The translations under genes were made by a program, and so were the position numbers. Shown here in pieces: positions 1 through 9,045 of a stretch of DNA of 64,000 bases. The stretch is from positions 50,782 to 114,781 of the forward strand of contig CAZPPL010000001.1 in assembly GCA_964588465.1 (NCBI GenBank), in the 5' to 3' direction. The notes under the pieces are model-generated. The model was not told the DNA's origin. It saw only the letters and a program-made list of their open reading frames with translations, and did no database searches. Source of the DNA: an uncultured Gammaproteobacteria bacterium (GTDB taxonomy: Bacteria > Patescibacteriota > Patescibacteriia > Patescibacteriales > UBA12465). Within the stretch, counting starts at the first letter, position 1, and each line of letters begins with the position of its first letter.

Positions 1-512
1 CCGATGATTATTTAGACCAACATTTAGGTGAAGACTTTCATATTATCAGACCTTGTATGCCACTTCGGGAAAATGCTAAGTATGCAGATTGGAAATTATG
101 CTTTGAAAGTTATTTCCCTAAATTAAAAAATAATATAATTTTAATTGGATTATCTCTGGGTGGAGTATTCTTAGCCAAGTATTTATCAGAAAACAAATTT
201 CCGAAAAAAATACTTTCTACTTATTTAATTTGCCCGCCGTTTGACGATACTCTGATAGAAGAGAATCTAGTGGGAGATTTTAAGCTAAAAAAAGATTTAT
301 TAAAACTTGACAATAGCTCTACAAATTTGTATTTATTATTTTCTAAGGACGATCAAATAATACCTATTGATCATGCTAATAAATATAGAAAGAAACTAAA
401 AAATGCAAATATTAAAATTTATAAAAGTAAAAATGGACACTTTAAAATAAGCAAATTTCCAGAAATTATCAGAATGATTAAGAAAGATACAGTTAATATA
501 TGTAAATATTAG
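1..512 (+). CDS. alpha/beta-fold serine hydrolase (YdeN/RBBP9-like), 5' partial; the frame stays open to the window start
   Basis: The frame of the 57..512 ORF has no stop back to position 3, so the gene is N-terminally truncated by the window. A GxSxG-type nucleophile elbow is present (LIGLSLGGVF), and the C-terminal motif KNGHF fits a catalytic His. Confidence 0.5.
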   Translation, partial: DDYLDQHLGEDFHIIRPCMPLRENAKYADWKLCFESYFPKLKNNIILIGLSLGGVFLAKYLSENKFPKKILSTYLICPPFDDTLIEENLVGDFKLKKDLLKLDNSSTNLYLLFSKDDQIIPIDHANKYRKKLKNANIKIYKSKNGHFKISKFPEIIRMIKKDTVNICKY

Positions 513-638
513 TTTTGGCAATAAATTGAACTCAGTCAGTCAACTATTGCTAAAAATATAATATTATGTTATAATATTGTTGTTAAGTGCTAGATTTTAA
601 TAAATGGAGTTAAAGATTAAATTAGTCACTATAATCAT

Positions 639-788
639 CTAACAAGGAATACTAAGAGCATCTTCAACTGTCAATTCTCCAGATTCAACTGACTCTTGAA
701 TTTCATCATCTAGATCTTTAAAGTCTGATATTTGATCAAGTGTCAATTCTCCAGACTCCACCATTTGTAGAATTTCTTTATCGTCCAT
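639..788 (-). CDS. small acidic peptide (49 aa) with an internal VESGELT repeat and a C-terminal Cys; not in the ORF track
   Basis: Manual translation of the minus strand gives MDDKEILQMVESGELTLDQISDFKDLDDEIQESVESGELTVEDALSIPC*. The frame is clean, the motif VESGELT(L/V) occurs twice, and the peptide is strongly acidic. It is transcribed divergently from the 512-aa coiled-coil gene. Confidence 0.3.
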   Translation of the reverse strand: MDDKEILQMVESGELTLDQISDFKDLDDEIQESVESGELTVEDALSIPC

Positions 789-976
789 ATTTTTAAAAAA
801 TTAGTAATTCTAGTGAACGTAGGGTTTATTAAATAAAATTAGCAGATAATTATATTATAGCACAATATCTATCTTATCACTTTGCTATATTAATAATTAT
901 TGTATAGTTATAAAAACAATATTTATTAAATTAAATTTATAATCATTTATTCTTTATAGTAATACTACTAAGATAA

Positions 977-2515
977 ATGACTAACAATTTTATGCCAAAA
1001 AGATTAGGAGAACGTCTTCCTTCTGAAATAAAACCAGAAGAGGTTGAAACAAAAATATCTAAAACTACAGAAATTGAATCAACCCCTCAGAAGCCCGTTT
1101 TACCAAATATTAAAGATTTGGATGAAATATTAGAGGAATCAAACCAACTTGCTACCGTAGCTTCTCTTTCTGAGGGAGAAATTGATGAAATAATTGAGAA
1201 ACGTCAAGAATCTCTTGATAAGTTCCATGAATGTGAATTAATCAGAGAACAACGTTTACGAACCATAGAGCAATATAATCCCCTAAAAAATTTAACTTCA
1301 TCTGACTATAAACAGTTAGTAGAAGAAGGGATGATTGACTCTGAATATGCAGAGCGACTTGAAAAGGTTGACGATGTTATTGCTAAATTAGAAGCTTTAA
1401 GTTATCCCACTAGTGAAACTGTAGAGAAATTAGAAGAGCTGGGTAAGCTTAGAAATTCTTTTCGGGAAAATTTGGATAGTCAAATTGAACAAAAACGACA
1501 AGAAATTTCTCAGCGTCAAGAAGAGATTAAAAATAAAATACTTGAACATTATAAAGAAAGCGCCGAAAAATTCAAAAAAATTATTATTGAAATTGAAGAT
1601 AATCCTAGAGTGATTGATAGACTTCGCATAATAGCAAAAAAAATGATGAAAGAATCTGAAGATAAGATTGAACAAGAACGTCAGAAATTATTATCAGAAG
1701 CTACTCGTTTTATTAGATCCTTAAGTACCCGACATGCTAACTCATTTAAACGTTTAAGCGAAATTACTGGTGATGAAGATATTGAATCCGAACTACTTCA
1801 AGCTCTTAATGAACAGGGGAGTAAACAACAAAGTACCTTTGATAAAGTACGTAGTCGTATTATAAAATCAATTATTGAGGGTGAGGGAGAAGGACAGGTA
1901 AAGGATGCTAAAGAGCTGGTTCCTTGGACAATATATTCTACTTCTATTCCCTACGTTGAAGCTATGAATACAATTTCTTATCATGATACTATACAGGCCC
2001 TTAAAGCTGCAGCTGATGATGGGGATGAACGAGCTAAACGTCTACTTGAAGATCGTAAACAAATCGTTAGTGAAAATGAAATTATTCGTAAATTAGTAGG
2101 AAAAAAGTGGATTACTGATAAAAAAACTAATGAGAAACATCTAGGAACATTTTGGGCCGCCTTTGCTACTAGAAAAGAAAATGATAGTAAAGGAATCACT
2201 GAGGCTCGTCGAAAAGAACGAAAAGAAGCTCTAGCAAAAGCTGCAGAATTTAAAAAAGCGGCAGATGAGATTATAGAACGAGGCGGATTTGTTGTAAAAG
2301 TTCCCGTTCTTAAAAAGATTAAAGGAAAATTACAAGTAGTGGGAAATAAGAAAGGGGTTATACGTCTGGAACAAGCTAAATCTAAAAAAGGTAATGGATA
2401 CTGGAAAGTAGTTGAAATTTTAGGAGCAAGTAATGGTCTTAAAGTTGGAGCGGTCTCTCCTCTTAATATGCAGTCCTTTCCTCAATGGCTTCAGGATTCC
2501 GCAAATCAACTTTAA
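977..2515 (+). CDS. hypothetical Glu/Lys-rich coiled-coil protein (512 aa), with no signal peptide or TM segment
   Basis: Long ORF with strongly biased E/K/Q composition and heptad-like stretches. No recognisable catalytic motifs. Confidence 0.45.
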   Translation: MTNNFMPKRLGERLPSEIKPEEVETKISKTTEIESTPQKPVLPNIKDLDEILEESNQLATVASLSEGEIDEIIEKRQESLDKFHECELIREQRLRTIEQYNPLKNLTSSDYKQLVEEGMIDSEYAERLEKVDDVIAKLEALSYPTSETVEKLEELGKLRNSFRENLDSQIEQKRQEISQRQEEIKNKILEHYKESAEKFKKIIIEIEDNPRVIDRLRIIAKKMMKESEDKIEQERQKLLSEATRFIRSLSTRHANSFKRLSEITGDEDIESELLQALNEQGSKQQSTFDKVRSRIIKSIIEGEGEGQVKDAKELVPWTIYSTSIPYVEAMNTISYHDTIQALKAAADDGDERAKRLLEDRKQIVSENEIIRKLVGKKWITDKKTNEKHLGTFWAAFATRKENDSKGITEARRKERKEALAKAAEFKKAADEIIERGGFVVKVPVLKKIKGKLQVVGNKKGVIRLEQAKSKKGNGYWKVVEILGASNGLKVGAVSPLNMQSFPQWLQDSANQL

Positions 2516-2617
2516 TATAAAGATAAAGCTAAGAAATCTCTAAATAACTCAATAAAATTAAACTAAATTGATTTTACATCAATAGTTTTAATAAATTATA
2601 AATAATTATTATCACAT

Positions 2618-2929
2618 ATGAAACAAGATATTATCACTCTAAAAGATTCTATTAATTACCAAGACGCTTCGGTGGTTAGTAAAGAAATATTAAAAAATGC
2701 CGCTGGAACAGTTACCTTGTTTGCTTTTGATCAACAACAGGGTCTGAGTGAACATACTGCTCCTTTTAATGCTTTGGCAAATATTATTGAAGGTGAAGCA
2801 CTTATAACCATCGCGGGCACTCCATATTCAGTTTCTGAGGGACAATTAATTATTCTTCCTGCCAATAAACCTCATGCCCTACAAGCTAATAAAAGATTCA
2901 AAATGTTACTCACCATGATAAAGGCTTAG
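2618..2929 (+). CDS. cupin-domain protein (cupin_2-like)
   Basis: A roughly 100-aa protein with a conserved beta-barrel motif region (GEALITIAGTPYSVSEGQLIILPANKPHAL) typical of small cupins. Confidence 0.55.
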   Translation: MKQDIITLKDSINYQDASVVSKEILKNAAGTVTLFAFDQQQGLSEHTAPFNALANIIEGEALITIAGTPYSVSEGQLIILPANKPHALQANKRFKMLLTMIKA

Positions 2930-3017
2930 GCCCTCTATTGCCTGTAAACTTAATTATAGCTTTAAAAACCGATAAATTGTATACTATAGATATATTTAAA
3001 AATTATCTTAAAAGATT

Positions 3018-4136
3018 ATGAGTAGCAAAACCTTCTCTTTCATCCAAAATATATTAGCTTTGGCCGACATAAAAATTAATGGTCCTGAGCCTGGAGATAT
3101 CCAAATACATGATGAGCGACTCTATCATCGTATTATGAAGGAGGGTTCATTAGGGCTAGGCGAAGCTTATATGGATGCTTGGTGGGACGCTCCAAAACTT
3201 GACGAATTTTTTTTTAAGGTTTTAAGTGCTGATTTAGATCAGAAAATAAGAAATAATTGGTCCTTAAAAATTTTTCTATTACTGAATATAATATTTAATA
3301 GACAAAATAAAAGGAGGGCTTTCATTATAGGACAAAAACATTACGATATTGGCAACGATTTATATCAATCTATGCTTGACCCTCGTTTAACTTATACTTG
3401 TGGCTATTTTCGTCAAGCCCATACCTTAGCCGAAGCTCAAGAAGCTAAATTAGATTTAGTGTGTAGAAAATTAAATCTTCAAGCTGGTCAGACAGTATTG
3501 GATATTGGGGGTGGTTGGGGTAGCTTTGCTAAATTTGCTGCTGAGAAATATGGAGCTAAAGTCACCGTGATAACCGTTTCTAGACAACAAGTAGAATTAG
3601 GTAAGAAATTATGTATAAATTTAGATATAAATTTTATTCTGCAAGATTATCGAGATATACAAGGAAAATTTGATCATTTAGTTTCTCTGGGCATGATTGA
3701 GCATGTAGGTTTTAAGAATTACCGTAACTACATGAAAATTGCTGCTCAACACTTAAATGATAAAGGCTTATTTCTTTTACACACTATTGGTAGTAATAAA
3801 TCAGTTAAAATTACCGATCCTTGGATTGAAAAATATATTTTTCCTAATTCTATGCTTCCGTCTATTAAACAATTAGGACAGGCTTTTGAGGGTTTATTTG
3901 TAATGGAAGACTGGCAAAATTTTAGTGCTGATTACGATAGGACTCTAATGGCTTGGTATGCTAATTTTGAACAGCATTGGCCAGAACTTCAAAAAAAGTA
4001 TGGAGAAAGATTCCATCGTTTATGGAAATATTATATTCTTTCCGCTGCCGCTTCCTTTCGGGCTAGAAAAAATCAACTCTGGCAAATAGTTTTATCTAAA
4101 CATGGAGTTCCAGGCGGATATAGATCTGTTCGTTAA
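3018..4136 (+). CDS. cfa: cyclopropane-fatty-acyl-phospholipid synthase (SAM-dependent methyltransferase)
   Basis: CFA-synthase signature HYDIGNDLYQSMLDPRLTYTCGYF, SAM-binding motif VLDIGGGWGSF, and the C-terminal W..Y.LSAAASFRAR motif; 372 aa. Confidence 0.85.
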   Translation: MSSKTFSFIQNILALADIKINGPEPGDIQIHDERLYHRIMKEGSLGLGEAYMDAWWDAPKLDEFFFKVLSADLDQKIRNNWSLKIFLLLNIIFNRQNKRRAFIIGQKHYDIGNDLYQSMLDPRLTYTCGYFRQAHTLAEAQEAKLDLVCRKLNLQAGQTVLDIGGGWGSFAKFAAEKYGAKVTVITVSRQQVELGKKLCINLDINFILQDYRDIQGKFDHLVSLGMIEHVGFKNYRNYMKIAAQHLNDKGLFLLHTIGSNKSVKITDPWIEKYIFPNSMLPSIKQLGQAFEGLFVMEDWQNFSADYDRTLMAWYANFEQHWPELQKKYGERFHRLWKYYILSAAASFRARKNQLWQIVLSKHGVPGGYRSVR

Positions 4137-4264
4137 TCTGAATTTTGAATATAATTAATCCTTTCTTTTTATTAAAAATTAAACTATGATGACAACATTG
4201 TTAATAATTATAACTAATTAGTTTTATGTCTGGAATAATCAATAAGATTGGGAGAGAAAATATA

Positions 4265-5251
4265 ATGGAAACGGGGAAGCCCAAAAGTATAGCTGAATTA
4301 TTAGAAGATTTTAAACGCACTGAACAAGTTTCTGGAGAAAAATTAAAATTTACTGGGGTAGGTAATAAGGATGTGTACAATACCACTGCTCCTTTTGAAT
4401 ATGAAGGAGAGCGTTATCTTATTGGCAGAGTGGAATCTCCAGATAAAGACACTGACTATCAAAGCGTCTTTTTTACCAATACAGGAGGAAGTTGGTCACC
4501 AGCAACAGATATCCCTACTTTAAGACTGCAGGACCCTTTTATTATTAAACTAGGTGATAAATTCGTGGTTGGAGGAGTAGAGGTATATCCTAAACCCAGC
4601 GAACAATATCCAGATAATCTTAGTTATCGTACCGCTTTCTACCAAGGGAAAATCACTGAATTACAGGAGTTTACTCAAGGTCCAGAACTTATGAAGGACC
4701 TTAGAATAGTTAAATTAGCCAATGGAAGAATTGGAGTATTTACTCGTCCAGGAGATATTTTTAGTCGCCCTAAAGATAAAATAGGAGGCATGATTGGCTA
4801 TACTGAAATTAACTCTCTATCAGATTTAAAGGCAGAAAATATTAATAAAGCAGAAATTATCAATGGTTTATTTATTGAATCGGAATGGGGAGGAGCCAAC
4901 GAATTATATTTACTAGAAAATGATCAAATAGGAGTTATAGGCCATATTGCTAGAATTAATCCAGCAGGAGAAAAGGAGTATTATGCTATAAGTTGGGAAT
5001 TTAATCCTGGAGATAAACAATTTAAGCAAGTAAAAATTATAACTACTAGAGATAATTTTTCCCCAGGAAAATCAAAAGTAATAGAATATGGGGATGATAG
5101 GAGTACCAATTATCTAAAGCATATCATTTTTCCCGGAGGTATTGATATCAAATCCAATAATGAAGTTGATTTATATGTGGGATTAAGCGACTGCGAAGAA
5201 GGAAAAATTAGAATAGCTTACCCCTTTTCGGTAGGAATTAAAAATAAGTAA
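4265..5251 (+). CDS. hypothetical beta-propeller-like protein (possibly DUF1861/GH130-like fold)
   Basis: The ORF track starts at 4226, but an internal ATG at 4265 is preceded by GGAGAG 8 nt upstream, so 4265 is the more likely start. Repeated G-rich beta-strand motifs are present (VGGVEVY, IGVFTRPGD, IGVIGHIA). The family assignment is tentative. Confidence 0.45.
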   Translation: METGKPKSIAELLEDFKRTEQVSGEKLKFTGVGNKDVYNTTAPFEYEGERYLIGRVESPDKDTDYQSVFFTNTGGSWSPATDIPTLRLQDPFIIKLGDKFVVGGVEVYPKPSEQYPDNLSYRTAFYQGKITELQEFTQGPELMKDLRIVKLANGRIGVFTRPGDIFSRPKDKIGGMIGYTEINSLSDLKAENINKAEIINGLFIESEWGGANELYLLENDQIGVIGHIARINPAGEKEYYAISWEFNPGDKQFKQVKIITTRDNFSPGKSKVIEYGDDRSTNYLKHIIFPGGIDIKSNNEVDLYVGLSDCEEGKIRIAYPFSVGIKNK

Positions 5252-5337
5252 GAATGATAAACTATAGTTTAAACCTAGATTGATTTTTATTCCTATTACT
5301 ATAATTTATAATATAATTAATATAATCTAATAAATTT

Positions 5338-6117
5338 ATGACCATTTCTATTATTGTAATTGCTATATTGCTTATACTAGCTTCTGGTCTTAGAGTGGTA
5401 AAGCAATATGAACGAGGAGTTATTTTCCTGTTAGGTAAATATACCGGCATGCGAGGTCCAGGCTTAATTTTTATTATCCCTATTTTAGAAAATATGAATC
5501 GGGTTAATTTACGCACAGTGACTATGAATATCCCCTCACAAAAAATTATCACTAAAGACAATGTTTCTATTGATATTAGTGCAGTAGCCTATTATCATAT
5601 TGTAGATGCTTCTAAAGCAATTATTGCTATTGATAATATCTACCAAGCAGTTAATCAAATTAGTCAAACCACCGTCCGTAATGTGGTGGGACAATTTCAA
5701 TTAGATCAATTATTGTCTCAAACTCCAGAAATTAACGAGAAAATAAAAAATGTAATTGATACTCATACTCACCCTTGGGGGGCTTTAGTAACGGCAGTGG
5801 AAATTAAAGATATAATTCTACCCGATAATATGCAACGAGCTATGGCTAAGGAAGCAGAAGCTGAGCGTGAACGTCGAGCTAAAATTGTCGCCGCTGAAGG
5901 CGAATTTCAAGCAGCAGTTAAATTAGGGCAGGCTGCTGATATAATTACTGAGCATCCAGTTGCCTTACAATTACGCACCCTTCAAACTATGACGGAGATT
6001 TCAGTAGAAAAGAATTCTACTATTATTTTCCCTTCTCAATTCTTATCTACGGTTCGAGAAGCTTTACAAGGAGTTAAGGAAATTAATTCTAATAAGCCTA
6101 AAAATCCTCAAAGCTAA
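5338..6117 (+). CDS. SPFH/band-7 family protein (stomatin-like slipin) with an N-terminal membrane anchor
   Basis: N-terminal TM segment, then [16 protein letters not shown]...GPGLIFIIP...[19 protein letters not shown] and a C-terminal [11 protein letters not shown] coiled coil typical of stomatin/HflC-like proteins. Confidence 0.85.
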   Translation: MTISIIVIAILLILASGLRVVKQYERGVIFLLGKYTGMRGPGLIFIIPILENMNRVNLRTVTMNIPSQKIITKDNVSIDISAVAYYHIVDASKAIIAIDNIYQAVNQISQTTVRNVVGQFQLDQLLSQTPEINEKIKNVIDTHTHPWGALVTAVEIKDIILPDNMQRAMAKEAEAERERRAKIVAAEGEFQAAVKLGQAADIITEHPVALQLRTLQTMTEISVEKNSTIIFPSQFLSTVREALQGVKEINSNKPKNPQS

Positions 6118-6139
6118 TTCTAAAACTAAATATTTTTAA

Positions 6140-6640
6140 CTATTTTTTAGTAGAAAGTTTATTACGTAGAGTAGGTAAAAAGTAATAAATTATTGAACTA
6201 ACTATAATTGATATAACTATACTTCCTAGAATATCAATAGGATGATGAATTCCAGCCAATACCCGACAAATCCCAACTAGGATAGCTAGAATAAGTAGCC
6301 CCAAACCAACTTTACGATTATAATAAAAAATTACCATTGCTATAGCACTGGATAATAAAACGTGATCAGAAGGGAAGCCATTATCTGCAGAATGAGTAAT
6401 TAAAGGAATAAAATGTCCTACAATAAAAGGTCTAGGGTCAAAGTAGAATAAAGCAGATAATTTAGCTATTCCGTAGATAATAGGCAGGCTAATAATACCG
6501 AAAATAGCCAAATTTTTTCTAGTCTGTTTATTCTGCTCAAAAAAGAAAATAGCCCCTAGTAATATAATTAGAAAAATGAGATATTTAGCTCCAATGATAA
6601 TAAATAAATTCATATAACGAGTAAAACTACTATTTAGCAA
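6140..6640 (-). CDS. PAP2-family lipid phosphatase (undecaprenyl-diphosphate / PG-phosphate phosphatase type)
   Basis: PAP2 motifs are in the right order: FDPRPF (KxxxxxxRP-like), PSDH (PSGH) and RVLAGIHHPIDI (SRxxxxxHxxxD). The protein is polytopic. Confidence 0.8.
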   Translation of the reverse strand: MLNSSFTRYMNLFIIIGAKYLIFLIILLGAIFFFEQNKQTRKNLAIFGIISLPIIYGIAKLSALFYFDPRPFIVGHFIPLITHSADNGFPSDHVLLSSAIAMVIFYYNRKVGLGLLILAILVGICRVLAGIHHPIDILGSIVISIIVSSIIYYFLPTLRNKLSTKK

Positions 6641-6841
6641 GGGTTTTATAATAATTTAAAGTGTAGCAAATCTAAATTATCCTGTATAGGTATTAAGTGT
6701 ATTTAGCTTTTAGATTTCATTAATTATAATTAAAGGATATTTGTTTTATAACTTATACTTTATAAATCTTGCTAATAAATTTAAATAAATATATAATAAA
6801 TTTAAGAATAAAATTAAAATATAGAATCTAAATAATTTTTT

Positions 6842-7594
6842 ATGAATAGAAAACTCGTATCTATTGTGATTCCAGCCTATAATGAGGAAAAAAATATTAA
6901 GGCTTGTATTCGCTCTATACAAGCTCAAAACTATTCTGGGTCCAAAGAAATTATTATAGTTGATAATAATAGCTCTGATCGTACCGCTTATCTAGCCCAA
7001 CAAGAAGGTGTTAAGCTAATTTTTGAGTCTAAGGTGGGAGTAATTTATGCTAGAGAGGCGGGGACCAGAGCAGCTCAGGGAGAAATAATTGTTCAAACCG
7101 ACGCCGATACCACCTTTCCTGTGGATTGGTTAAATAATATTATGACCGCTTTTACTAATAATCCCGAAGCAGTAGCGGTTATTGGATCTTTTAAATTTTT
7201 TGATGGTCCTTGGTGGGGTAAACCTTTTACTAGTTTATTATTTGGAATTACTAATTTAATACATAGAATAAGTAAAAAATTAGTCTATATTCCTGGGAGT
7301 AATACCGCTTTTTTGAAAAAAGCTTGGCATGGCTATGATATTACCTTAGACCAAGGTGGAGACGAAGTAGCTCTACTCAGAGCTCTAAAAAAAGAAGGTA
7401 AAATTATTTTTTTATGGCGCAATATGGTTTTAACTTCTGCCCGACGTCTAAAAAAGGGCTTACTATATAATATTTTTGTTATTCTAATATTTTATTATAT
7501 TTTTGATTATACTTTTAGACGAATAACTGGACGAAGTATAGTGGCAGCCTTTCCTAAAATTAGAGAAAAAGACGAACATCAAGAAGAAGCTTAA
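6842..7594 (+). CDS. GT2 glycosyltransferase, GtrB/ArnC/DPM1-like (polyprenyl-phosphate sugar synthase type)
   Basis: VSIVIPAYNEEKNI start, DxD motif (TDADT), about 250 aa with C-terminal hydrophobic helices (LLYNIFVILIFYYIF). This is the small GT-A architecture of lipid-phosphate sugar synthases. Confidence 0.75.
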   Translation: MNRKLVSIVIPAYNEEKNIKACIRSIQAQNYSGSKEIIIVDNNSSDRTAYLAQQEGVKLIFESKVGVIYAREAGTRAAQGEIIVQTDADTTFPVDWLNNIMTAFTNNPEAVAVIGSFKFFDGPWWGKPFTSLLFGITNLIHRISKKLVYIPGSNTAFLKKAWHGYDITLDQGGDEVALLRALKKEGKIIFLWRNMVLTSARRLKKGLLYNIFVILIFYYIFDYTFRRITGRSIVAAFPKIREKDEHQEEA

Positions 7595-7612
7595 TTTGAA
7601 ATAGATGTTATA

Positions 7613-8404
7613 TTGCTTATGTTATATATTTATTTACCGTTAGTCTTATTGCTAAGCTTGCTTATTACCTATTATTTCTTAGTAACTTATATTTATATAC
7701 CCATAATTCTACTGATAATAATTGGATTTATTTATTATTTTTTTATTTGGTCAAAAACTCAAATTTTTGGTTATTTCCCAGCTTCTATTAAAACTAATAG
7801 AAAAATAATTGCCCTTACCTTTGATGACGGACCGAATCCTCCCTATACTGAAGAATTACTGACAATTTTAAAAAGACATGGAGTAAAAGCTAGTTTTTTC
7901 CTACCAGCAAAGAATATAGAAAAATTTCCAGAATTAACTAGAAAAATTATAGCTGAAGGTCATATTATTGGTAATCATTCCTATAGTCATAAATTCATTA
8001 ATAATTTTAAAAGCCTTTGTTTTGAATTAGAAATTACTAAAGCTCAAAATATAATTAAAAAAGTTATTGGTCGTCGTCCCGCTTTATATCGTTCTCCTTG
8101 GTTATTTAAACAACCTTGGTTGTTAAAAAATCTTAAAAATAATGGGCTTACTCCAGTATCAGGATTTTTTTCTTCCAACTGGGAAATTTGGAAAGCTCCA
8201 GCTGAGCTCATCGCTCGGAATGCTGCTAAAGTTGTAGCGCCAGGTAGAATAATAATTTTTCATGATGGTGCTGATACTAGAGGCGGTGTGCGGAAAGGAT
8301 CAGTAGAAGCTATTGATATTCTTATCCCTCAATTAAAAAAACAAGGTTATGAATTCTTAACCGTTGATAAATTATTAGGCCTGCCTGCCTATCAAACTAC
8401 ATGA
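7613..8404 (+). CDS. membrane-anchored polysaccharide deacetylase (CE4/NodB family)
   Basis: N-terminal TM helices followed by the NodB motifs LTFDDGPNP, H.YSH and RSPW. Confidence 0.8.
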   Translation: MLMLYIYLPLVLLLSLLITYYFLVTYIYIPIILLIIIGFIYYFFIWSKTQIFGYFPASIKTNRKIIALTFDDGPNPPYTEELLTILKRHGVKASFFLPAKNIEKFPELTRKIIAEGHIIGNHSYSHKFINNFKSLCFELEITKAQNIIKKVIGRRPALYRSPWLFKQPWLLKNLKNNGLTPVSGFFSSNWEIWKAPAELIARNAAKVVAPGRIIIFHDGADTRGGVRKGSVEAIDILIPQLKKQGYEFLTVDKLLGLPAYQTT

Positions 8405-9003
8405 GTCCTCATAATTTAATTACTTTAGTTCCTTGGATAATTGCTCACGGCTATTTAATTTTTTTCGTAGCAGCAGTCATTGAAGGTCCTCTTACCACTA
8501 TCGGCGGTGGAGTAGTGGCCTCTTTAGGTTATTTTAATATCTTTATAGTGTTAGCTTTAGCAATATTGGCTGATATTGGTGCTGATATAGTTTATTATTG
8601 GATTGGTTATAGAGGTCATAATTTAGTTGGATCGTCATTTTTTAGATATTTTGGCTTGAGTAAAGAACGAGTTGATAAAATGAGAAGACTTTTACACATT
8701 CATACCAATTATGCTTTGATGCTGGTAAAATTCTCACCCATAATCGGTCCTATAGGATTAGTAACTATTGGGGTAACTCGTCTCAAATTTAAAAAATTTT
8801 TTTGGGCTGCTCTTAAATTATCTGTACCTAAATCCTTTTTTTTAGTATTTCTGGGTTATTACTTCGGTGAATCTTATCAACGATTAAATAAAATGATAGC
8901 CCAAGGACCCTATATTATACTAGGGCTAATTATACTTATTAGTCTAATTTATTTTATCTACCTAAAAATAATGGCTAATATAACTAGAAAAATAGAACGA
9001 TAG
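8401..9003 (+). CDS. DedA/TVP38 (VTT-domain) family membrane protein
   Basis: Its ATGA start overlaps the deacetylase stop, which indicates translational coupling. Polytopic membrane protein with the DedA-type glycine-rich re-entrant region (EGPLTTIGGGVVASLGY). Confidence 0.7.
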   Translation: MSPHNLITLVPWIIAHGYLIFFVAAVIEGPLTTIGGGVVASLGYFNIFIVLALAILADIGADIVYYWIGYRGHNLVGSSFFRYFGLSKERVDKMRRLLHIHTNYALMLVKFSPIIGPIGLVTIGVTRLKFKKFFWAALKLSVPKSFFLVFLGYYFGESYQRLNKMIAQGPYIILGLIILISLIYFIYLKIMANITRKIER

Positions 9004-9045
9004 AATTATAAATATTTAATATTATGCTTATTATCTAACTCATTT

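Noticed and set aside
1430-1675. Minus-strand ORFs of 60-120 aa fully nested inside larger plus-strand genes (for example 1430..1675, 1981..2199, 9621..9815, 13183..13524, 14044..14241, 18330..18596, 19607..19843, 23514..23699, 25938..26132, 27571..27804).
   Set aside because: They lie antisense within well-supported genes (P-type ATPases, MacB permeases, UvrA/UvrB). They have low-complexity composition typical of chance frames in AT-rich DNA, and no independent start or RBS context.
5258-5271. 14-nt AT-only palindrome TAAACTATAGTTTA after the beta-propeller gene.
   Set aside because: An all-A/T stem would be very unstable. Such palindromes are frequent by chance at this base composition, so it is not called a terminator.
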